Notes: generated by a model not told the origin, from the sequence alone. Positions 1 through 7,232 are shown, counted from the first letter of the stretch. The stretch is 23,522 nt of DNA from Candidatus Zixiibacteriota bacterium (GCA_040235515.1 JBECKX010000021.1:1-23522); one strand, 5' to 3'. Translations and numbers: made by a program.

Positions 1-130
1 CCTCGCTGTCCAACCGGTCCAGCGGTGGCGGTTTGACAGACTCGACGGTTGAGGATTTTGCGTTCTTTGAGGTGGGCGATTCGGCTATGGCAGTGCCCTT
101 GCTCTTGGTGTGATAAAGCAGTTTTTCCAT
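1..130 (-). CDS. 5' part of a hypothetical protein running off the window (MEKLLYHTKSKGTAIAESP...)
   Basis: ATG at 130 preceded by AAAGAGGG; frame open to the window edge; divergent from the 289 gene. A second frame from ATG 170 is also open, so the frame is uncertain. Confidence 0.35.
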   Translation of the reverse strand, partial: MEKLLYHTKSKGTAIAESPTSKNAKSSTVESVKPPPLDRLDSE

Positions 131-253
131 CCCTCTTTGCTCCCGTTACTTGTGAGTGCCTGCGGAACATCTCCCTTTAATGGATCAGAAGATCGCTAAT
201 TACGGCAGCGATGTCAAGCGTTCCAGGGCGGACCGTCAAACGGCATAAACCGT

Positions 254-282
254 TTGCAATGAGCGGCTTGATTTGGTAGATC
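254..282 (+). promoter_or_regulatory. candidate sigma70-type promoter TTGCAA-N17-TAGATC with extended TG; possibly leaderless
   Basis: TTGCAA 254-259, TG 274-275, TAGATC 277-282. The expected +1 falls on the ATG at 289 and there is no SD. Confidence 0.3.
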
Positions 283-288
283 ATCACT

Positions 289-1470
289 ATGGCTGAAGAG
301 CAAAACGATCCAATGTCCGAGGCGCATGCCGATAATGCAGAACCCACCCTGCGCGACCGGATTCCGGGGATTGTCGCGGTTGGAGTAATGACGCTGGTAA
401 CATCCTTCTGGATGTTCTGGTCTATGATGGAGATGTATTATGAGGGCTGGGGGCAGCCGCTCCCCTATCCGCTCTATTATTTGATTCCGGGCGGCGGGTT
501 CTTTCTCCTGAGCGTGATCGCTGTACTCTGGCCGCGTTTCGGGGGCTGGGTCCTGATCGGAGTCGGCACGGCATTCGCAGTCTGGTGGCTGCCGCTGATG
601 GTGAACCGGGGTGTGAATATTCCGGCGATCATTACGAACCTGCTGTTGAGCGGCGGAGTCGCTGTCGTTGGTGTATTCTTCATCCTGGAGAGTCGATACC
701 GCAAGCGATTCCCGAACCGTCACAAGTCCACGCACAACTGGTTCAGGCGCCACGCCAAGCTGCTGATCGCGACCGGGATTCCGCTTGGTATCGCGGTGGG
801 AGCGTCGATCAACAACCTGCCGACATTGCTCACACGGCTTGATGATGGCGATCGTGGCGCGCGGCTGATCGCAGGCAACGGCGTGACTCTGATCTGGGCG
901 CCAGAAGGTCCGGGCTGGGCGAAGGGGAGCCGTGAAGCGGGCGGGAATCTGTCGTGGAACGATATCGCGCTCTACGGCATCGAACCGGTTGGCTATGGGG
1001 AGAAGCCGGAGTTCGAGAATCGGACTGCAAGACAGGCAGAGATGGACTCTACCTGCCTCTGCGCATACCTCAATGAGGCAGGCACTGAGTTGATGCCGGA
1101 AAGGCAAGGAATCTGGCGGATGCCGACAACGGACGAAATCATTCGTTCGCTCGTCAGTAACGGCAAGAACGCCGGTTGTGTCTGGGATTCGCTCAATAGT
1201 CGTGCGATCTGTGAACTTCAACCCGACAAAGAGACGCCGCTGTGGGCGCCAGATTATATGCCGGTATACTATTGGAGCGGTGACGAACATGATTCCGCCA
1301 GCGCCTGGTATGTGAGTTTCAACGGGCGTGGTGTGCATGCTCAGCCGAAGAGCTGGGGCAATCCACGGCATGGATTCCGTTGTGTCAAAGAGCCTTCCGG
1401 GGGCGCGGTTCAACCAGCTGTGGTTGATTCATCGTCAATCGCACCTGATTCTTTGCGAGAGTCTCAATGA
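289..1470 (+). CDS. multi-pass membrane protein with C-terminal DUF1566 (Lcl C-terminal)-like domain
   Basis: About 5 hydrophobic segments in the N-terminal 180 aa. C-terminal motifs WRMPTTDEI, YYWS, AWYVSF and GFRCVK resemble the DUF1566 pattern WRLPT..EL / YWS / AW.V.F / VRCV. Confidence 0.65.
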   Translation: MAEEQNDPMSEAHADNAEPTLRDRIPGIVAVGVMTLVTSFWMFWSMMEMYYEGWGQPLPYPLYYLIPGGGFFLLSVIAVLWPRFGGWVLIGVGTAFAVWWLPLMVNRGVNIPAIITNLLLSGGVAVVGVFFILESRYRKRFPNRHKSTHNWFRRHAKLLIATGIPLGIAVGASINNLPTLLTRLDDGDRGARLIAGNGVTLIWAPEGPGWAKGSREAGGNLSWNDIALYGIEPVGYGEKPEFENRTARQAEMDSTCLCAYLNEAGTELMPERQGIWRMPTTDEIIRSLVSNGKNAGCVWDSLNSRAICELQPDKETPLWAPDYMPVYYWSGDEHDSASAWYVSFNGRGVHAQPKSWGNPRHGFRCVKEPSGGAVQPAVVDSSSIAPDSLRESQ

Positions 1471-1904
1471 GCCCAAACCATGCGCTGATGGAAATCGCTC
1501 AGCAGGCGATCATTGTCGATCCGAATGGCCGCGTGCTGGTTTTGCGCCGCCCCGACGGCAACTGGCAATTTGCCGGGGGACGGCTTGAGAAAGATGAGAG
1601 CTGGGAGGAGGGCTTGAAGCGCGAAGTGAGGGAGGAGACCGGCATAGAGGACCTGGACATCGGCCCTGCCCTGCTGGTGGCTACGTGGGAGTACAAGGGA
1701 GTACCGCTCTACGGTACTTATTTCTACTGCCAGACCAGGACGACCGAGGTCAAACTCAGCCATGAGCATGAGGAACACCGCTGGCTGACCACTGACGATG
1801 ATTTAGGACAGATCCAGTTCTGGCACAGCGACATACGCAATATGACCGAGGCGGCGCTGCGCATCGCCAACCGCAAACCGCATGATCACAGCCACGATCA
1901 TTGA
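1467..1904 (+). CDS. NUDIX hydrolase with His-rich C-terminus
   Basis: Nudix box GRLEKDESWEEGLKREVREETG; LSHEH..W motif; ATGA overlap with the upstream gene; ends in HDHSHDH. Confidence 0.9.
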   Translation: MSPNHALMEIAQQAIIVDPNGRVLVLRRPDGNWQFAGGRLEKDESWEEGLKREVREETGIEDLDIGPALLVATWEYKGVPLYGTYFYCQTRTTEVKLSHEHEEHRWLTTDDDLGQIQFWHSDIRNMTEAALRIANRKPHDHSHDH

Positions 1905-1962
1905 GCGCTCCACCACTGATTTGTGAGGCTGATCCCTGCGGAGTTCCTTTTCGACAAAGCGA

Positions 1963-1991
1963 TTGACTTGACTGTATTGATCGACTATATC
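1963..1991 (+). promoter_or_regulatory. candidate thyX promoter TTGACT-N17-TATATC
   Basis: TTGACT 1963-1968, 17-bp spacer, TATATC 1986-1991, 28 nt upstream of the thyX ATG. Confidence 0.4.
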
Positions 1992-2018
1992 AACATCCTA
2001 CTGCAAGAATGACAGGCA

Positions 2019-2915
2019 ATGGAAGAATCAAAGAGTAACATAGAAACCACCGAATCGGAACAGCAATCGGTCGATCTGCGCGGGCAGGAGGTCCGGGTGC
2101 TGGATCATGGCTTCGTACGCCTGGTAGATTACATGGGCGGCGATGATGATATCGTGGCGGCAGCGCGTGTGTCGTATGGGAAGGGCACGAAGAAGAAGCG
2201 TGAGGATCGCGGGTTGATTCGTTACCTGATGCGGCACCATCACACGACGCCGTTCGAGATGGTGGAGTTTAAGTTTCACATCAAGCTACCGATCTTTATC
2301 GCCCGCCAGTGGATTCGTCACCGCACCGCCAACGTCAACGAGTATTCGGGGCGTTATTCGGTGATGGAGGATGAATTTTACATACCGCCGGCTGACCAGG
2401 TTACGGGTCAGTCGAAATCGAACCGCCAGGGCCGGGATGAGACAGAGTTGACGCCGGAGGCTCGTGAGCAGTTCCTCAGTTTTCTGGAGACTTCAAATGA
2501 GCAGCTTTATGCGGAGTATAAGAACTCGCTGGAGAACGGCGTAGCGCGCGAACTGGCGAGGATCAACCTTCCCCTATCGCTTTACACGCAGTGGTACTGG
2601 AAGATTGACCTTCACAATCTCTTCCACTTCCTCAAACTTCGTCTGGACCCGCATGCGCAGTGGGAGATTCAGGAGTATGCGCGGGCGATGGCGGAGATGG
2701 TGCGACAGGTGGTTCCGGTGGCATGGGAAGCGTTCGAGGATTATCAACTCAACTCGCAGACATTCTCGCTGATCGAACTGCGCACGATTTTCGAGCGGAT
2801 ACCTGATTTTGCGCCGGACGTGGATGCTCTCGTGGAGGCTGGATTATCTAAGGGTGAGGCCAGGGAGTATATCGTTAAGCTCAAAGCAGTTCGTGAGCTG
2901 CTAAAGAAATCGTAG
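2019..2915 (+). CDS. thyX: FAD-dependent thymidylate synthase ThyX
   Basis: ThyX signature [35 protein letters not shown] and HAQWEI motifs. Confidence 0.97.
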   Translation: MEESKSNIETTESEQQSVDLRGQEVRVLDHGFVRLVDYMGGDDDIVAAARVSYGKGTKKKREDRGLIRYLMRHHHTTPFEMVEFKFHIKLPIFIARQWIRHRTANVNEYSGRYSVMEDEFYIPPADQVTGQSKSNRQGRDETELTPEAREQFLSFLETSNEQLYAEYKNSLENGVARELARINLPLSLYTQWYWKIDLHNLFHFLKLRLDPHAQWEIQEYARAMAEMVRQVVPVAWEAFEDYQLNSQTFSLIELRTIFERIPDFAPDVDALVEAGLSKGEAREYIVKLKAVRELLKKS

Positions 2916-2960
2916 CCAGACTCTGCCTGCGGCAGAGCCGGCAGATCACATTACCCGCCG

Positions 2961-3001
2961 AAGAATCACATCTGAGATTCACTGCTTGAGAATCACTTCT
3001 T
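2961..3001. repeat. imperfect tandem array, 3 x 13-14 bp (AAGAATCACATCT / GAGATTCACTGCTT / GAGAATCACTTCTT)
   Basis: Read directly; units 2 and 3 are 12/14 identical; a partial extra copy AGATCACAT lies at 2943-2951. Confidence 0.6.
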
Positions 3002-3012
3002 ACGTATTATGA

Positions 3013-3339
3013 ATGATGACTGACTTCGATGAAAAGGATCGCAAGAAGCCGCGTGTCGAGACTCGTACGCACTGGGTTGTCGTGGCAGAGGTGGGCAGCA
3101 GGATGATGGCTGAATTTGCGGTCAACGGTCTGAAGGCGCACGATATCCCCGCCATCTTAGATGCGCGCGCCGGATTCCTTGGTTCGGCAGGGCTGAATCT
3201 GCAGGCGTTCGTCTCCGGAAATCCTGAGGATAACAAAGTGCTGGTGCCGGCTGAGTTTGAGCGGGAAGCGCGCGAGATCGTAGCGATGTTCCTGGGCAAT
3301 GATGATTCAGAGGAGCGGATCGAGCCGAGCGAGCGGTAA
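3013..3339 (+). CDS. small DUF2007-like (putative signal-transducing) protein
   Basis: Pattern AEFAVNGLKAHDIPAIL ... KVLVPAEFEREAREIV resembles DUF2007. The start may be the second ATG at 3016. Confidence 0.65.
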   Translation: MMTDFDEKDRKKPRVETRTHWVVVAEVGSRMMAEFAVNGLKAHDIPAILDARAGFLGSAGLNLQAFVSGNPEDNKVLVPAEFEREAREIVAMFLGNDDSEERIEPSER

Positions 3340-3351
3340 GCTCCCGGCGGT

Positions 3352-3393
3352 GGGATGATCCTCTCGGGATAATCCTTTAGAGGTGATCCTTTC
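3352..3393. repeat. imperfect tandem array, 3 x 14 bp (GGGATGATCCTCTC / GGGATAATCCTTTA / GAGGTGATCCTTTC)
   Basis: ATCCT recurs at 3358, 3372 and 3386 (exact 14-bp period); units 1 and 2 contain the dyad GGAT-N-ATCC. Confidence 0.65.
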
Positions 3394-3414
3394 AGGGCTG
3401 CGAGTGAGCCAGAT

Positions 3415-4245
3415 TTATTCCCCCGTACTGATATAGCGCGTCTTATCGACAACGCCTTGAAGTTGCCGGTAGGAGAGCGAGACCTCCGTTGAGCCCATTG
3501 AGTATGGTGCAATCTCGTAGGGGTTATAGAAAAAGGTGATGCCCTCCCCGCCGATGGAGACATTCTCCGTCAACGCGAAAGTCGAATCCTCAAACCAGAA
3601 TCCAGCGGCACCAAGGTCTTGTCCCTCCGGGATCTCGCGGACCTTACGGAATTCGCTCTCCACGAGAGCTTTCAACGAATCGCGCATGCCGGGCACGAGC
3701 AATGCATCAAAGGCGACTGATTTTCCGGTACGGGTATCGATGTTGTGGTATGTCAATTCGGAGTTTGGGTGTGCGCCACCGGTGTATTCATAGCGCGACA
3801 GGGCCAGGGAGAGGATGCCATCCTGATCTCCTTTGATATCGATGCTGATTTGCTGGTTCCATGCCACCCAGTAGTCTTCGAATTCCGTTCTGGCGTCGGT
3901 GTAACTGTCGAGGAATTGCGAGATTACATCAGGAATACTGTCGACCGCTTCCGGATCGAGTGCGCAGCCGAGAATCAGCGCCGTCACTGTATCGTTGAGC
4001 ACCTCGGTGACATGCTCGACCGGAGCTGAAGTGAAGTACGGGTATTCGAGGATGATGTGGGCGCAGCTTGAATCGGGGCTGACACAGCCCTCGCTCTCCT
4101 TAAAGATTGTCTTGTAGTCGTAGGTGGTTCTGGCGATGGTTGTCTGCGGCTCTTTATCGCCGCAGGAGAGGAGAAACAGGCTCGCGAGCAGAGTAAGGGG
4201 GAGAAGCGCGCGGTGATTGATCCTGATCGAGAAAGGATGTAACGT
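3415..4245 (-). CDS. DUF4163/DUF3298 (RsiV/PdaC-like) lipoprotein; start codon uncertain
   Basis: Motifs YEYTGGAHPN and FFYNPYEIAPYSMG. The frame stays open upstream of GTG 4002 to a TGA at 4270-4272 and encodes a signal peptide and lipobox (RALLPLTLLASLFLLSC, Cys at 4162-4164). Proposed start is ACG at 4245, after AGAGGT. Confidence 0.8.
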   Translation of the reverse strand, partial: TLHPFSIRINHRALLPLTLLASLFLLSCGDKEPQTTIARTTYDYKTIFKESEGCVSPDSSCAHIILEYPYFTSAPVEHVTEVLNDTVTALILGCALDPEAVDSIPDVISQFLDSYTDARTEFEDYWVAWNQQISIDIKGDQDGILSLALSRYEYTGGAHPNSELTYHNIDTRTGKSVAFDALLVPGMRDSLKALVESEFRKVREIPEGQDLGAAGFWFEDSTFALTENVSIGGEGITFFYNPYEIAPYSMGSTEVSLSYRQLQGVVDKTRYISTGE

Positions 4246-4286
4246 AAAGACCTCTATTCCCGGTTCATTTCAGCATCAGTAATATA

Positions 4287-4361
4287 TCGGGGAGAGCAGA
4301 TTCGAACTGCCGACCTCTCGCACCCCAAGCGAGTGCGCTAACCAAACTGCGCCACTCCCCG
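4287..4361 (-). tRNA. tRNA-Pro (anticodon GGG), CCA not encoded
   Basis: CGGGGAG/CTCCCCG acceptor stem, GCGC D-stem, CTCGC-TTGGGGT-GCGAG anticodon arm, GGCAG-TTCGAAT-CTGCT T-arm, discriminator A. Confidence 0.97.
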
Positions 4362-4384
4362 AGCAATGCATCAATGAAGCACCA

Positions 4385-4413
4385 ATTATATAGCATCGGC
4401 GCTTCACAGGCAA
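4385..4413 (-). promoter_or_regulatory. sigma70-type promoter for tRNA-Pro: TTGCCT-N17-TATAAT
   Basis: -35 TTGCCT at 4413-4408, 17-bp spacer, perfect TATAAT at 4390-4385, about 24 nt upstream of the tRNA. Confidence 0.75.
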
Positions 4414-4534
4414 TTGCTTTTCGCCGGTCACGATCAATCTGTTGTGGCAGGCAGTAGACAGGCGTTACGGGAGTCCGATTGTCGGAAGAGTAAAAGCGTA
4501 AGCGTAATAGCGTATCAGGCGAGTAGCTGTAGAA

Positions 4535-4894
4535 TCAGTCGCGATTGCCGTTATTGATCGACAGACTCAGGGAGCGCTCGAGTTCCATCAGTTCTTTTTT
4601 AACGTCGCTGAGCAACTTGACGAATTTCTCCTCGCGCTTCAGTTCCTTACTGGTCTCGGAGAGTTTCTGACGAGCTCCTTCAATCGTGAATCCTTCCTCA
4701 TAGAGCAGGTGCTTGATGCGGTTGATTACAACGATCTCACGCTTCTGATAGGTACGGTTGCCACCCCGATTTTTCTTCGGTCGCAGCTGGGGGAACTCCT
4801 TCTCCCAGAATCTGAGGACATACGGTTTCAGCCCGGTCATGTCTGCGACCTCAGAGATCGAATAGTAGAGCTTCTCTTCGTTAGTTTTCTTCAA
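4535..4894 (-). CDS. MerR-family transcriptional regulator
   Basis: YYSISEVADMTGLKPYVLRFWEKEFPQLRPKKNRGGNRTY HTH, then LLYEEGFTIEGA and a coiled coil; TTG start; no Cys ligands. Confidence 0.92.
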   Translation of the reverse strand: MKKTNEEKLYYSISEVADMTGLKPYVLRFWEKEFPQLRPKKNRGGNRTYQKREIVVINRIKHLLYEEGFTIEGARQKLSETSKELKREEKFVKLLSDVKKELMELERSLSLSINNGNRD

Positions 4895-4975
4895 TAGCTC
4901 ACACTCGCATTCTGCCCCTCTGCGCCGGTGCGATGATTTCCCTGCATCGTTCCGGTAAGTAAATAAACAAATAAG

Positions 4976-5983
4976 CTAACAGCAAAGCTCGCTTTTCAAC
5001 TCTCGCGTCATCAGTTCATTGACAGCGTCGGCCGGGGATTTGTAGTTGAACAGGACGTCGTAGACTTTCTCGGTAATCGGCATCTCGACCTGGTATTTTT
5101 CCGCCAATCGGACCGCCGCCCGGGTAGTTTGGACACCTTCAGCGACCATACTCATCGAAGTCAATATCTCGCTTAACCGCTCTCCCCTGCCGATGCGTTC
5201 GCCGACATAGCGATTGCGGCTGTGGTAGGAGACGCAGGTTGTCACCAGGTCACCCAATCCGGAGAGGCCGGCAAAGGTCTCGGCGCGTGCACCCATGGTA
5301 GTCCCGAGGCGTGACATTTCCGCCAGCCCCCTGGTGAGGAGCGCTCCGGTTGTATTGTCGCCGAGGCGCAGGCCGTACATCATCCCGGCGGCAAGTGCAA
5401 TGACATTCTTGAGGGCGCCGCCCAGCTCCACGCCGGTGACGTCATCGGAAGTATAGACCCGGAATTCGGGAGAGGACATAACGGCTTGTACTTCATTGGT
5501 GGCGATGGGGTCATAGCCGGCGGCCACAACGGAGGTTGGGACTTTGCGAGCCACCTCTTCAGCGTGTGACGGCCCGGAGAGCACGACTGTCCGGGAGCCG
5601 GCGGCCTCGCCGAGTTCTTCGGTGACGATCTCAGAGACACGTTCAAGGGAAGTAACCTCTATACCCTTGGCCAGGCTGACGATGATCCCGGCCGGGACGC
5701 CATGCTGGCAGATATCCTGGCAGAGGCGACGGATGTTCTGGGCCGGCACAGCGAGAACGACGAACTCAGAGTCATCCAGCACTTCACCCAGGTCGGAAGT
5801 AATCTCGATCGATGGATGCAACTCGACACCACGGAGCTTGCTGAAGTCGCGGCGAGTTTCTTTGAGTCGACGGGCTCCGCCACGGTTATGCTTCCAGAGT
5901 TGTACCTTGTGGTCTTGCTCAGCCAACAGATTGGCAATCGCAATCCCCCAACTCCCAGCGCCAAGTATCGAAAGATGTGCCAT
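4976..5983 (-). CDS. gpsA: NAD(P)H-dependent glycerol-3-phosphate dehydrogenase
   Basis: GAGSWG, SGPSHAEEV, GVELGGALKNVIA, GLGDLVTTC and SRN motifs. Confidence 0.97.
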   Translation of the reverse strand: MAHLSILGAGSWGIAIANLLAEQDHKVQLWKHNRGGARRLKETRRDFSKLRGVELHPSIEITSDLGEVLDDSEFVVLAVPAQNIRRLCQDICQHGVPAGIIVSLAKGIEVTSLERVSEIVTEELGEAAGSRTVVLSGPSHAEEVARKVPTSVVAAGYDPIATNEVQAVMSSPEFRVYTSDDVTGVELGGALKNVIALAAGMMYGLRLGDNTTGALLTRGLAEMSRLGTTMGARAETFAGLSGLGDLVTTCVSYHSRNRYVGERIGRGERLSEILTSMSMVAEGVQTTRAAVRLAEKYQVEMPITEKVYDVLFNYKSPADAVNELMTRELKSELCC

Positions 5984-6036
5984 AAGTTAGTGACGTAAGC
6001 TGATAGTGGTGTTCAAGATTTTCGATTGGCGGACTG

Positions 6037-6645
6037 TCAACGAGTGATACGCTTTTCTTCCCCACGCAACAGCCTGCGGATGTTTGCCCGGTGAGTGAAA
6101 AATAGTAGCGCGGTCACGACCAAGCAAGCGGAAACTACGACGATAGAGATATTTTTTCCCAGAATCGAGTATTCGAGGAGCACAATCAAAGATAGAGTAG
6201 TGCCGGCACTCAAAGATGAGACAGATATAATGCGGGTGAAAGCGAATACGAGTGCAAACACGGCGAAGCTGATGCCAACTTCGAGCGGCAACAACACCAC
6301 AAAGACACCGAGCAGCGTATTAACACCCTTGCCCCCCTTGAATCCTGCAAAAACGGGCAGTATGTGCCCTACCACGGCGGCGGCGCCGATGACGAGGTGT
6401 TTCCATTCCTCGCCCGGAAAGTAGTGGATCGCAACGAGTACCGGTACGGCGCCCTTGGCGACATCGAGGATACCGGCAATGAGAGCGGCGGGCAGCCCGG
6501 CCACGCGGTAGACGTTGGTAGCACCGGCGTTGCCGGAGCCGTGCCGGCGAACATCGACACGGGCAAACGCGTAGCCTACAATCACGGAGAATGGTATGGC
6601 GCCAAGCAGGTAGGCGCAGATTATCAGGGTAATAAACAACGTCAT
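6037..6645 (-). CDS. plsY: acyl-phosphate:glycerol-3-phosphate acyltransferase PlsY
   Basis: YLLGAIPF, GSGNAGATNVYR, GHILPVFAGFKGGKGV and HRANIRRL..GEE motifs. ATG 6645 preferred over GTG 6666. Confidence 0.96.
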   Translation of the reverse strand: MTLFITLIICAYLLGAIPFSVIVGYAFARVDVRRHGSGNAGATNVYRVAGLPAALIAGILDVAKGAVPVLVAIHYFPGEEWKHLVIGAAAVVGHILPVFAGFKGGKGVNTLLGVFVVLLPLEVGISFAVFALVFAFTRIISVSSLSAGTTLSLIVLLEYSILGKNISIVVVSACLVVTALLFFTHRANIRRLLRGEEKRITR

Positions 6646-6654
6646 AGGGTGCTG

Positions 6655-6676
6655 CAAATTAGGCACAAATTAGGCA
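6655..6676. repeat. perfect 11-bp tandem repeat CAAATTAGGCA x2 upstream of plsY
   Basis: 6655-6665 and 6666-6676 are identical. Confidence 0.7.
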
Positions 6677-6714
6677 AAAGAGAAGGCGGAATCAAGCATT
6701 GCTGATCCCGCCCT
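6676..6714 (-). terminator. intrinsic terminator after the 6749-7117 gene
   Basis: Minus strand GGCGGGATCA-GCAATGCT-TGATTCCGCC followed by TTCTCTTTT. Confidence 0.7.
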
Positions 6715-6748
6715 CGAAATTGGCTGCTACCTCAGGTTGCGCAGACCA

Positions 6749-7117
6749 TCATTCATTCTTGATGACATCGTCGATCATCTTGAGAATCTTATCAAGCTCT
6801 TCCTTATCGATTTTCTCGTCTTCCAGCGCAGACTGCACCTGTGTCGAGAGTGTCTGGATCTCGGTCTGGTCAAGGGTCTTGTTCTTGATCTGATCCGTCA
6901 CAGCTTCCCGGAACTGCTTGAATTTCTCTTTAATCTCGTCTGCATTGTATTCGGCCGGCAGGTCGGCTATGACCTTGGTTTCCAGCGCATCGATGGTCTT
7001 GTTGACCAGCGCTTCGGTAATCTGGCCGCAGAAAACATAACTCAAGACGATACCGACCAGTATAATCGCTCCGATGATTATTCCAATGATTAGAGCGACA
7101 CGACATCCGCTACTCAT
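6749..7117 (-). CDS. hypothetical single-pass membrane protein with helical, acidic C-terminal domain
   Basis: GGAGGT SD at 7124-7129 before ATG 7117 (MSSGCRVALIIGIIIG...); one TM helix then a charged amphipathic region; own terminator. Confidence 0.8.
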   Translation of the reverse strand: MSSGCRVALIIGIIIGAIILVGIVLSYVFCGQITEALVNKTIDALETKVIADLPAEYNADEIKEKFKQFREAVTDQIKNKTLDQTEIQTLSTQVQSALEDEKIDKEELDKILKMIDDVIKNE

Positions 7118-7232
7118 GCATACACCTCCACGGGTCAATTCATAAGAGGTCAAGGTATATGGTTGCAGAGACAATGCAAACTGAAAATGGAGAAGAATGA
7201 GGACTTCTGCTAGAGAGGTCTGCGCAAGCAAT

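Noticed and set aside
214..1413. 399-aa minus-strand ORF
   Set aside because: Antisense shadow of the 289-1470 gene; no recognisable motifs.
1975..1995. NrdR box upstream of thyX
   Set aside because: Poor match to the palindromic NrdR consensus; better explained as a -10 region.
2921..2937. CTCTGCC-TGC-GGCAGAG hairpin after thyX as an intrinsic terminator
   Set aside because: No U-tract follows it; at most a stabilising or pause hairpin.
2961..3393. Short repeat arrays as a CRISPR array
   Set aside because: Units are 14 bp, contiguous, without spacers, and no cas genes are present.
4287..4310. tRNA-Pro 3' end as an integration site for the genes at 1-4250
   Set aside because: I saw no duplicated tRNA 3' fragment or integrase in the window, and the neighbours include the housekeeping gene thyX.
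4535..4990. MerR plus the GpsA Cys-Cys tail as a mercury-resistance module
   Set aside because: The MerR has no Cys ligands, GpsA is otherwise ordinary, and there are no mer genes.
7118..7231. ORF-track N-terminal extension of the membrane protein
   Set aside because: A strong GGAGGT SD supports ATG 7117; the extension runs up to the rplQ terminator.
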